Source: Raillietiella orientalis
Taxonomy: Eukaryota
DNA length: 64,000 nucleotides
Reading direction: 5' to 3'
Assembly (NCBI GenBank): GCA_036172245.1
Contig: JAYWIR010000005.1
Coordinates: forward strand, 3,162,001-3,226,000
The notes beneath the pieces were generated by a model, which was given only the letters and a program-made list of their open reading frames with translations, was not told where the DNA came from and did not search any database. This document shows, in pieces, positions 12,148 through 24,100 of this stretch (within the stretch, counting starts at the first letter, position 1; each line of letters opens with the position of its first letter). The translations under genes and the position numbers were made by a program.

Positions 12148-15100
12148 GCATGTGACTTTTCCTTTTGAGACCACACCCTAGTAGCCCTTCTCGCGACGCG
12201 TAACTTGCGCAGAAGCGTTCCCTGCATCGGCGGCTTCCAGTTCCCGCAAATTCATATAATGCTGAAGATCTCTTCAGACTTTTCGGACTTTATGTCCGAA
12301 AAGTCTGAAGAGATCTTCATGGGCAACTTGTGTTTAGCCAAGTCCTCTAGATGCATGCGAAGGAAATATGTGCCGAAGCAAGAGCTCCGCAAGATTCCCG
12401 ATCTCCCACTGAAGAACAAACCAGCATCCGTTTTCCCCGGTTTCCCGCTTCGTTTTCAAGCGCGCCTTCCCACCACCTTTCAACGTGCATCTCAGCTTCC
12501 ATCCCGGAAGATGGACGTTTTTGTATTCCCCTATCAGCTGGAGAAATTTTTTTCAGCTCATCCTCTTAGCTGCCCTTTCCTCTTTTCGATCTGGAGCAGC
12601 AGATGAACGACCGAAACTCGGTGATAAGCTTCCCCTTGACGTTAGCTAAGATGGTATGAGTTGCTTCTTGCATCGTGGGGCGTTCTACTTCGCTCACTCA
12701 GCGAATACTGCAGCTCAAAGTTCTTTGTGCTTGTTGTACAACCTGTATGAGAGCCGTACACTGCGCAGGGTGGGCGTGGAAGGATTGCAGGTGATGGTGA
12801 AGCGTCAAACGGACTTTGGACCTTTGAACCATCTTGAGACGCAGCCACGTCGGTCGTGGATTTCCGCCTAGCCTTCCAGTGCACACACGAAGCCACCAGC
12901 GAACGCATCGCTTTTGACAGTGTACTCCCGGAACACGTCTACCTCGTGGGGAGGAGCATGGGAACGCTCCTCCAAGCAACGCTCATTTCTGTTCGAAGAC
13001 GTGGGAGTTTTCTGCTCAGGCATCTGTCCCGGCAGGGAACACGACCACTGGCTGCTTGTTTGATCGAACCTGGCTTTCGTGACTGCCCTTGCATCGATCC
13101 CGGAAAAGAGATGCATCATCCCGACGACAAAACAAAGAACGTGAAAGCTCTCCGAGGATCGGACTGCGGAAGAATTGCCGTTGATGAGCAGCAGAATGCT
13201 GAGGAGCTCGAAAATCGAAATAAGGACAGCAGGACGTTGCCAAGAGAAACGGCATCCTGTTCCCGAACGCCACATTTTTCCGGTTCCCCATCACTTTTCC
13301 GTGAGTGGACGGGAACAGATATCTGAAATGCTTTGCTTCGGCGGCAGACTTCAAGAGAAACTCGGATGATCTCCCGCCGGTGCGAAGGGGATTCAGTGGA
13401 AGAGGACTGCCGCAGAGCTTGCTTGCTTCTTCCTTGCCATTTTTCTTTCACGGCGAAGGAGCCCTGCTAGTTTACTGCTCCCTGATGTCATCATCAGGAA
13501 TTCCCTGCTCCTCGTAAAAGCTCGCGCCACAAGTTTTGGGCGCTGGGTTTCGCCTGACTGATCTGGGCCGCGAGTCCTGGTCCAATTCCTCTCCTTCGCG
13601 GCGCGCTCCAGGATCTGCCACCCTCCCTTAGTCGGGCAATTTCGTCCTTCTGAACCAGCAAAAGAGCGCAGGCAGTCTCTGAGAGCCGGCGACATGAGGG
13701 CGCTAGTCCAGAAGATAAACGGCGCCCGTCCCCTCTTCTCCACAGGACGGGCGCCTTCGGCCGGTTGATCCAGAAAAGGCCCCCCACCCCCGGAAAAAAG
13801 GGTGCCGACAACATACCTGTTGGCTCGAATTTCACGACACAGCCCGTGGAACCTGCCCACCCAACTCCCGCATGTTGTTGGCTCTTCCAACGGCGATTCC
13901 GTGGCAACCAAGCAACCCGGAAGGGGCGTTGCAATGATGGTGGCAAATGCGCACTGAACCAAGAGAATTATAGGATGGACAGAAAGAAGAATCAACAAAA
14001 CATATCTTGGACAGCTAGCAGTTGGTCATTCCGGAATCTAATACCGCTTTAGGTTTTCATGACCGAAATGGATGCTGGTGGATCTCGTTCGGGATTTCGG
14101 ATGGATAGGAAAATCTAAAAAATATTCTCCTCTCACCCTCCTCCCTCTCCCCCTTTAGAGGCAAGGCTTCGGGGAGGGTGGAAAATTAGAGAGGTGACCT
14201 TTGCAGGAGTAAGCGACGCTCTAGAATAAGGAAAGTCTCTCTGAAGCGATGCCAGAGCTCGCGACGTAAGATTACTTCAGCTGAGAGAGCAAACTTACCA
14301 GCAACTGCGAGCGGAGGAAGTGGAAGTGAAACGCACTCTGCATCCGATGGTGCGGGAAATGCGAGACCAGAGTGCCGGCACGAACCTCCGCCCTCTTTGG
14401 GGGACAGTCCGGAGATCGCTTTTCTGTTTGAGATCGCAGCGTGTTTCCTCTGAAGAAAAAGAAAAAGGAGGAGCACTTCCCGGTCCGCTCCCGGAACGAC
14501 TCGTGACCTCCTTCGGTCTTCTCCGCTCAACTTCTCGAAATGTCCTCCACGCTTTGATCTGCATTTCCCCGCCTTGTGGTTGCAGCGCACCCAGCCTCCC
14601 ATCTGCTTTTGCTCGATCGAGACCTGGCCGTCACGGACTGCCGCAGCCTCGAGCCCCTCGGGAACGAAACGGGGAATCGTTAGAAGCGAGGCAGTGGAAA
14701 GTGACGAGACAACCGAAGTAAAGGAGGCTATTGCCTTCACTCAGGCACAGTGGTTCAAACTACCCGACCTCAATTTTTTTTTCCTCGTGCTTCGTGATTT
14801 CCCAGCGAGAACAATGGGTGCAGAACCTCGAAAACACGGATTCCCTTCAGGAAAGAGGTGAATGAAGCTGCCTGGAACATCGTCCTGGAATATGGGAAGA
14901 GACCTTGATCACAAACCTCTTTCGGTGGACATTTTTCCTGCTTTTTCTCTCACCCAGAGACCATGGTGGACTTCTTTCCCTTCAGACTCTCGAATTTTTT
15001 CCACCTCCTCCTCTCAGGTCCTCTCGTTTTTCTGATGCAGTTCCTTGCTCCTCCCACCAATTTGGTCTTCTGCGTCTCAGCTGCACCCGACTTGTATTTC

Positions 15101-18100
15101 CCCTTCCTGGAACCCTCACTAAAAGAGTACCCCTTCTTCGTAAGGCACCCTGCACCCTGTCAGTGACAACCCTGTTCCAGGCAGGGGTGCCCCATTTCTA
15201 TCCGGAAAGAAAAGTGACGCGCGCTCGATTTTTGTAAGACGTCCCGATGCAGGACGTGGTAGCAAAAGAAACCTGAGAGGTTTTGGATCATGAGGACTCT
15301 TCCTACATGATCATCGGTTCCACCATCAAAATGTCCCAGATGCTGCGAGGAAATGCAGGATCGGTCGCTGACTCCGTTCTTGACGGGGCTGTCCTTTTCT
15401 TCTGATGGGAAAATTCAGCAGATTGGACCGCTCACCCATCTACGATACCCTCATCTATGAAAGAGTTTTCGTGGAAGACTGCGCTTCTTGCGTCGGAAGG
15501 AAAGAGAGTCTTTTCAGAGTCCTTCTTTGCTCGCAGTGGGTCCTACGATCTGCAGGAGGAAGAGGAGGAAAAGAAAGTATTTTCTCTCTCCTCCTCCTTC
15601 TTTTGCTTTTCTTATTCTTTTCCTTTTTCTTCCTCCTCCTACTTTCGTCCCTCTCGTTCGATTTGCGAGTTCTCCGCAAACAAAGGAAGGTCATCTCTTT
15701 CCCGCCATCCCAGGAACTCCACAGGAGTCCCAAACGAGTCCAAGATGAGCATTTTGTTCTGTCTCCAGCAATTTCTTTTGTTTTGCGCGCGGAAGGCGTT
15801 ACTCTGTGGGCTTCAGGGAACAGGTCGTGCACCTCGCAGAGGAGTTCTCTTAAAAGCGCCTCGGATGGCACTTTGCGTGGATCCACAAGGTACACCTGGG
15901 GAACCTTTCAGACTTGGGAAGAGCGCGGATCCTCTTTTTGTTGTTCTCGTTGTTGCTTTCCGCAGAAGTCTCATTAGCGTGGATTGTCGAAAGAAGGGCA
16001 AATGGCTCCCGTGGACTTGCTTCTTGCTCAGGAAGACGCGCATGAGTACAAGAGAAATGAGGGAAAGATGAGAGTAAGGAGAGCTTTTCCCTTCATCCTT
16101 TTTAATGAGGGACGGAGGAGCACCCTAGGGTGGCGTACTTGCAAGCAACCCGCCCGTGACCCTCCTCTGCTGCTTTTCTGACCGTCCCCAACACCACTAG
16201 GCTGCCACCCTCCTTGTCCGAAGAACTTCCTGATGCTCTGTGTGCAAATCTGCTTTTCCTCTCCTCAGGGATGGCCATCGAGAAGCTGTGCGAGCTGCAG
16301 TACGGGGAGACCGGCAAGGACGACGGAGCGGACCGGGCTGCGCTCCTGCGGGCGTCCAAACTTCTGCTGTCTTCGGTAACCCGCGTGCTGCTGGCGGCCG
16401 ACGCCATCGTGGTTCAGCAGCTGATCCAGTCCAAAGAGAGGGTACTTTGAATTTGGTCATGGAAGTTGGGGAAGTGGTGGGGAGTCGGAAGAGGAGGAAG
16501 GGTGTGGCGGCGTTTACTGATGGTTCACGTTCAGAGTGAATGGCGGAGGATCACGGTCCACTGTGTGGGGAGAAGCACAGGGCGGAGAGAGGGACGTGAC
16601 TTTTGTCTTCCGATAGGTCCGTCCCCACCAACCTCCGATATCTACCTTCCCCCCCCTTTCTCAGCGGGTATTCTCAACAGCTCTCTCTTTCTTCCTCCCG
16701 CCCACCCCAAGGTCTCCCGCACGCTGAGCAAGCTGGAGGCTGTGACCAACTTCGCCGAGTTCGTGAAGGCGTTCAGTCAGTTCGGGGCCGAGATGGTGGA
16801 GTTCGCCCACCTGACCGCTGAGAGGCAGAACGACCTCAAGGACGAGAGGCGGCGCACGCTGATGATGCTGGCTCGACGGACGCTGGAAAGGTCTATCGTG
16901 CTGCTTCTCACCTCGTCCAAGGTACGGGGAGTGGAGAAGGGGAGGGTTGACTGGGTCTGGGCCGGGAGGGAGGGGGTCGGCTGCGATCAGAAGCGAGAAG
17001 GAGAAATGCCCTGGGAGTTTTCCTCGGAACGGTTGCGAACAGCTTTGGAGGCCCTGAACCTTCCAAAAAGGGCTGGAGAAGCTCAGGTCACGGGTCCGAT
17101 TAATCCTTTCAGACCTATCCGTTGGAACGGACGAAGAGTGTTCTCCTCTTCTGACCACTTGAAAAATTGCTAGCTTTCTTCGATCGCTTCTCAAAGGAGA
17201 AAAGGACTGAAGAAACCCTCGTCCCTCTGCTCTGGGACTCGAGAGCTGCTGCAGTTCACCACCTCCTTTCTTCCCCGGAGCATCAGAACTTGAGAATCCG
17301 CCCACCATTTTCTGCTTTCGTCTTCCCCTTCTGCTTCCACGAGAGAACTGCATCCCGTCTGGTGATGCTTCGTGACATCAAGCTGAACCTGAACTCCAAC
17401 GTGAGGATACACAGCATCCCAGCACGGGTCAAGGATGGCAGTGGCAGTATCCTTCTCGTATGCGGCAGCATACGGACTAATGCTGCGCGAGCACGCAGCT
17501 TCCCATTTGTCTTTAGGGAAGGTTTCCTTGTTTTGGGACTTCCCTTTGAACTCGTGTAGGGCTTTCCATGAGGAATGCCCTCGGATCACGTTTGCTGTGT
17601 AGTCGTGTCTTTTCCCCATGCGCTCTCTGCTAAATGCAAGGCCGTTGAGGAGGATTCGAAAAATAGTAAAGAGGCAGATCAAAAAACTGGAAGGAACCGC
17701 TCTTCTGACGCCACATTGCCTGGGAGACGCCTGACGAAGGTCAACGAAGACCCTCGGTTCTCTGAACATTTTCACTCGAAGAGAAGGAAGAATCAAGGAC
17801 GTACATCAGGTTGCGGTGGACTGTGTGGCTGGAGGCATCGATCGTTCGGCCCGAATCTTATTGAGCCGCTCAGAGCACGGAGAGTACGCACGCAAGGCAC
17901 GCGACGGTTCCATCGAAGGGGAGCGGAACTCCCTTCCACGAGCTCTCCCCAAGCTTTGGGGAGAGCCATCCCGGTCTTGAGGCTCTTGTTTTTCCTTAGG
18001 GGGTTACGCCCCTCCCTCTGTTCTGTTTCATCTCTTCTCTTAGGATGCCTTGTCTTTTAGATGTGCGCCAGACATCCGGAGTGCACCAGAGCGAGGGAAA

Positions 18101-21100
18101 ACAGGGACACCGTCTTCATTCAGATCCGGCGCGCCATGGACCTCATTTACATAGTCGTAAAAGAAGGGATCCTCTCAAGCACCTCATACGCGAAAGATGG
18201 GAGTGGCAGTCCGGGAGCGATTTCGAGTCACTTCTGGAAACTCAGAGAGGTATGTCGTCGGTTCGCTCCCCTCCGCATTCCGGAGAGCGCCCGTTGCCTT
18301 CTGGAGCGAACCTCGTGGTAGGAAGCGCGCGCGGAAAGGCGTCGGTGGCTGAAACCATGACCGCCTCCAGCTCGCGTCGTCACTTCCGCCCAGGATCCGG
18401 AAATCCGCGACTTCACCTTCCTGACCCTCCACCCCGTCCGCCTTCTTTCTCTCTCCCTTCAGAGTCACCATAACGTGCGCAACCCTTGCATCGCTCTGAG
18501 CGTCCTGAAGAACAGGCTGCTCCATCCCGCCGGTTACCCGTTGCCATCTCTTTCGCTTCCATACCCCTCCGCCTCGCCTCCTGAGATGAGCGCGCGCGCC
18601 GTCTGCGTCGGCGAGTAGGAAGGGGCGTTCCGCGCTGACCGAACCTCCTGCTCGGCAACCAGCAGGCGGCGCTCTTTGCCCGAAAGGCGTGTGGACTTTC
18701 TGCGCTCCTTCTGCCTTTCTTCCTTACGGGAGGAAGCAGAAAGTCCTCCCAGTTGGATTTTGAAAGCAGCATCACTACTCTCCCGAGCGGATAGAGCTGC
18801 TGTTCCTCTTCTGCATCCGCATTTCGGGGTCTGTCCTCCCGGTGATGCGCGGCAAGCACCGCTCGCGTCCTCGCTGCTGGCTCTTCTCGCAAACCAAGAG
18901 CAGGAGCCGCTCCCTTGATCTCACCTCACCGGACTCTCGCTGCATGGAGGAATGCGTTCTTTGATCCGGTGGCATTTGAGCAGCACTGAGCTTCCATCCT
19001 TCCGGGAGATCTCCCCTTGCGTCTTCCCTCAGACAAGCGGAACTGGCTCTCAGCAGACCCAACCGCCGTAGTTGGCGTTACCGAAGCATGGAGCGCGAGC
19101 ACGATCTCCCCAGCGGCCGATGAAGGTGGGCGCTGCGGAGCAAGAGGAATTCTGATCCCCTCTCCTTTCCTAGTCGTGGCACTACTGTCCGTCCGTTAGG
19201 CATTCGGAACGCTGTCGTCGACTTCCTTGTGGGTTTGCGCTTGCTCCTGTTTTCCCGCTCCCCCTGCGACTCGGGACTGCAGGTCGGAAAGTACCGCGGA
19301 TTCCATAGGGATTCACGGGTGAACTTGTTCAAGGCATCTCTGAGCCGATCCCTTCCCCTTCCCTCCTCAGCCCACCCTCCCCTTCCCGAGGGAGAGTTAC
19401 CAATTCGCTCGCTGTGGGTTGCCAGCATGCAGTACGTCACCTCGGGAAGAAAGCGGCTGATGGTCCATGCTGCGGAGACCCGTTTCCAGAAGATCCTCGG
19501 AACAGTTTCTACCCTTCCTCCTCTTGGAGTGCGGCAAACCTTGCTGGACGAACGAGGCGAGGAGAGTGCCCTGCTTTTGATCCGTGCGCTTGCTGCGTTT
19601 CCCCCTCAACGACCGAAGATCAAATTCTTTCTGCAGTCGGCCAATGGATGAAACTCACTGTAGCATTCGTTGGATCCCTCTCATCAGTTGCAATTTGCCT
19701 CCCAGGAGAGAACAGCAACAAAAAAAAAGGATTGGGAGTCGTTGGATCCTTTCTGAAGCAGCGGAACCCCTAGCTATTAGGGGAAGCGCCATGCACTGCT
19801 AAAGGAAAGCAGGATGTTCGGCGCGAAAGTGATGTCCGTCCGCGTGGCAACTGCGGGCCCAAACGTGGCTGCCACGTTGCGCTTTACCACACGTTGCTAG
19901 CGTATGTCGCACTTTGAGTCATCTCGCCGTTCTGCCTGTTGATAGCTGGTGTTCCAGCTGAGGTATTTGTGGCGTCTCTCTAAGAAAAGTTAGATGCTCT
20001 CGACCTCTTGTCAAGGGTCAGGCTACAAGGATGTGGAAAAAGGGAGATACTGCAGGAGGAAAAGCACAAGGGAACGTATCCACTTTTCTACTTTTCACCC
20101 GGAAATTCAAGGGCAATGAGGCAGCTGCTTGAAGCAGCAGCGGGAAGGGGAAGAGCAGAGAGCGCATTCCCGAGTGACTTGGTGACTCTCCTTCCGGTGT
20201 CGAGGCAGTGGGGATTGCAAGAACCTGTGCGCTCCTCCCTCCCAACATATCGTCTCGGTCTCCAATCTGCAGGATGCGGCTCATCCGCACCCGTCCAGTT
20301 CATCTCTCGTCGAGTCTCGTGGACTTCCCATGAGGTGGGAGTAAGCCGGGAGCCTCCGCTTCCCCTCTCACCTCCTCATGCATTCGGAATAAGCCCTATT
20401 CTCCATCGCCATTTATCCATTAGTCACGTGCAGCCTCGTGTCTTCGTCTGACAGACTCACCTTGCATTCACGAGGAAGATTCCAGCCGCTCCGTCTGGCT
20501 TGTGTGGACTCCCCTTGTCCACAGGCGGAGGGATCTCCAGAAATGGCAATCTTCTGGTGATGACCTTCCGCCGGAATCCTTGAGCCCCGTGCTGAGGACA
20601 TGCGGATGGGTTTTTCTTAGATGAGCTACAGCTCTGAGCATCGCCGCGCAGTTGCACACACTCTTCTCTCTGCCCCTGTCCTCCTTCTCCTCCCCGTTCT
20701 TCCTCCAAATGGCCCCTTCCTCCGAAGCACTTTCTCCTCTTTTGTCACCCCGGGTATTCCAGGTTTCTCCAAGCACGTCTGTATCCCAGGACGGTGGAGA
20801 ATCTTGCTGCGGAACCTCTCCGGACGAGCCTCCTCGGGCTCGTTCGGAGAGGTTTCCCAGTTATCAATTGCCAAAACCTCTCCCTGTTCCCGTCCTTTTT
20901 CCCGTCTGCCGCGAGTCTCTCGCGACTGATCGGGGAGCTACGGAAAGAAGGAGCTTCTGGAAAAGTCTTTACTCTTCTTCGTTCCCACCACTGCCACTAA
21001 CAACAACAATAGCATCCCTCTTTCCTGCTAGCGGCCCTCCTGTCCCCAGTGCTTCACTCCTCGGGAGGATGTCCTTGCAAACGCTCCTGCTCTGCCTTTC

Positions 21101-24100
21101 TCGCCGGAAAACTCACCCCCTCACCCCTTCCCTCTCCCCACTGCGTTTCGAGAGTCTTCGAGAGCATTGCAAAGCGAACTCCAAAGAAAGGTTTGCCTTC
21201 TTCCTGAGGGATGCGGGGGAGCGAGCCGGAACCTGAAAGGCAACATGATGGCGGCGACCGCGGTGGGGGTTTACCGAAAAGCTGCCGAGCGCTTGCGTGC
21301 GCTTGCCCTTCTCGTTTGGAGGGATTTTCGAGAAGGTTCCTGTCCCGGTTTCCCCTCCCCCTCCCCTCTTTCGTCCCTCCTCTCTCCTCCATTCCCTTCT
21401 GTCCTCCGTCTTCCGAGAGAAGTTTCCGGGGGATCGATACCGCCCGCGTCTCCCCGGCAGGAAAATTCCCTCCCGCTCTCGTCAGTCCCTTAGCCAGGAG
21501 CGAACTGGGGAAAACTCGATCTGATCCGGATGGTTGCCGCTTTCTCCTCCCGCCATCATCGCCTTCAGGGCTGCTCCAGGGGTTCGAAAGTTCCGCATCT
21601 TCCTACCCCGTTCCAACCCTTCGGGTCAGCAGGAAGAGCTGCAGTTTCTTGCAGCTCCCTCTGCTGACCCTCTAAGGACACCCTCTTTGTTGTGCTCGAC
21701 ATTCAGTGGGTCCCTTGAAGGGGGGAGCATGGGAGAGGCGAAGGTCAGGGAGACTGACTGCCTTTCAGCCGACCTCGTTCTTCGGCACGCGCCTTCGTAG
21801 ACTCACCCTACCCTCTCAGATATGCGGGGCTCAAGGGAGACCCCTTGCCTCTTACCCAGCCCACCCTTCGCGGAGTGAGCTGTCCATTGTACTCCCTCTT
21901 CTTCGTTTGATCACCTTGTAGTCTGCGCCAGAGACCTTCTGTCCCTAGAAAACTCCCTTAGGAAAGAAGTTTCCCCTCCTGATGCGCCAGCTGCAGGGAG
22001 CCCTCGGGCTTGGGATCTTTGGATCTGACGGGTTTGCCCCGGCTTCTTTGGGAGGCTGTGCAACCGATATCACCTCTGCCAAGAAACCCCGTCCCGAGAA
22101 ACCTTTCGCGCAGCCATCACAACCATCGCGTAGGGACTGCACTCTCCTGGTGCAGCGGGTAAGAAGCGGGAGAAGACTGGCGATCCACGGGAAGGAGGCT
22201 CGTCCGCAGGTGATTCTTCCTCTTCCTCCTCCCAGGGTGCGGAGAACCTCACCAGCTGGCCTAACGAGACGGTACCAAAGCCCCGCTTTTTCTAGGAGGA
22301 GGAAGATGGCGCTTCTGCCATCCACCCTCAAGGGGAAGCAAACGAGAATCGCTGGACCCCGCCCCGGCTGCAGCCAAACCCGAGCTGCGGGAATGCTCAG
22401 GGTGCAAGAGCCGTCTCGCTTTGCCCAGTCACTGCGTGCGTAACGGAAGTGACTCCCGGTGGCAAGGGTTGCGTGCGTCTCGGGTAGGAAAGTTCTGGAG
22501 CCTGCCGCACCCTGTGGGGCTTTTTTTCTTCTTCTTCGAATGTCTGCACTGCATCCGGAGTGACGTCACTCCACCAGGAAAACGAAGCACTGCTTCAACT
22601 TATTGGAGCCGGTTTTCCGTTCTTGCTGACTTTCGTTTCCTGTGCGACCCCTCCAGCGCTCCCCGAGACTCTTGGAAATCCTTAAACCCCCGGCAACGCT
22701 GTGCCTGCTCCAGTGTCGGGCCACGTTGCAGGTGAGAAAAAATCCTCGCTTGCTCCCGACGTGGCTGTCCCTTTTTTTTCTTTTTCTTTTTTTCCTTCGC
22801 CTCCTGCTGGAAACTTGGACCTACTCTTCTTCCTGGCTGCTGCTGCGTCCGCCACCGTTCCCAATGACCTTGATTCCTGGACGCGTCGTCCAGGAACGCT
22901 ATGCCTTCCCCTTCCTCTGCACCATCCTTCCTTTTTCTCCCGCCGCTCCCTTCGCTCCAACGGCTTGGAGACGAAGTGGCAAAGTACGGGCTTCCTTTTC
23001 CTTCCCGAGACAGGAAGTGCTGCGTCCGGAAGAACCTTTAGAAGGTACACAGAGGAGCAAACCGTGCCAGAGATGCGTGGTTTTGAAGAGAAGGATTATG
23101 CTCCTCTGAAGACGACACCCATGCATTTTTTCTTTTTTTTTGCCAGCGCTTGTCAGATTACTGGTTCATATCCCCAAGACACGCACGGTCCCTCTTCCCT
23201 TTCTTCCTTACGTTCTCGTTCCTTGACCAGGTCGAGTTCCGGTCATGTCTGCAGACTTGCTGCCTGCTTTCGTTACCTGAATGTCCCCGTTCGATGTTTC
23301 CCCGGCCACGATTTGTAGCAGCTCGATGCTTAGGGGAAACAGGATCGTGCTTCCGGGAACCAGGTCGGCAGACGCCTGCGCACAGAGCCACTGTAGTGCA
23401 TGCATCCGTGTGCACACGAATGCGCTCGCGGCGAATGCTTGCAGCGGCACGAGCCTGCGTGCAGTTTCGTCACACGCGCGCCATTCGCACGCGTGCGCAC
23501 AGTACGCACGCGCTTGATTCGGGCGCATTCCGGCATCCCTCATTTTCAGGGATGCCGGACTGCGCTTAAAAATGAGGGGATTTCTTCCCACCCACCCACT
23601 CCTCACCTCCGCGAAGATCGAAAGCAGGGCTCCTTGGATTACCTGGCCGGCAGGCAACGCGACGTCCCCTTTCCTTCATACGAATCACGGGAAGGAACGG
23701 GAAAGAAGCAGCGGAGGCAGTTCGCAAGTGACGTCAGCAAACCGCCCTCCGATGCAACCGGCCCAAACAAATCCGAATAGCTCTAGGCGGCGGAGGGGCG
23801 TTAGAGAAAATGTGAAGCCTGGAGGGGAAAAAACGCCGGAAGAAGGCCTCCCTAAACGTTCCAGGTCGTCATCCAGAGTGCTAGAGTCCAAGTGAGGTGG
23901 ACGGAGAGCGGTTAACCGGAACCAACGATGTGTCCAGTGCGAAAGAGTCAAACTGCAGGAAAGTTCTCAAGGACTCGATAGCTCTCAGGTAGTGCTATGA
24001 GTAGGATTGTTGGCTGGGGGAGAGGTAAGGAGGAGTAGGGATGAAGTGCTCTTTCATACGACCCGGTTGCGCGCCCCTCGGGTTACCCCAGTAGAAGGAA

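Noticed and set aside
18463..18620. Possible extra alpha-catulin exon after a strong pyrimidine tract and AG at 18462
   Set aside because: The in-frame translation (SHHNVRNPC...) shows no family similarity, has no convincing donor and reaches a stop; flanking exons join without it.
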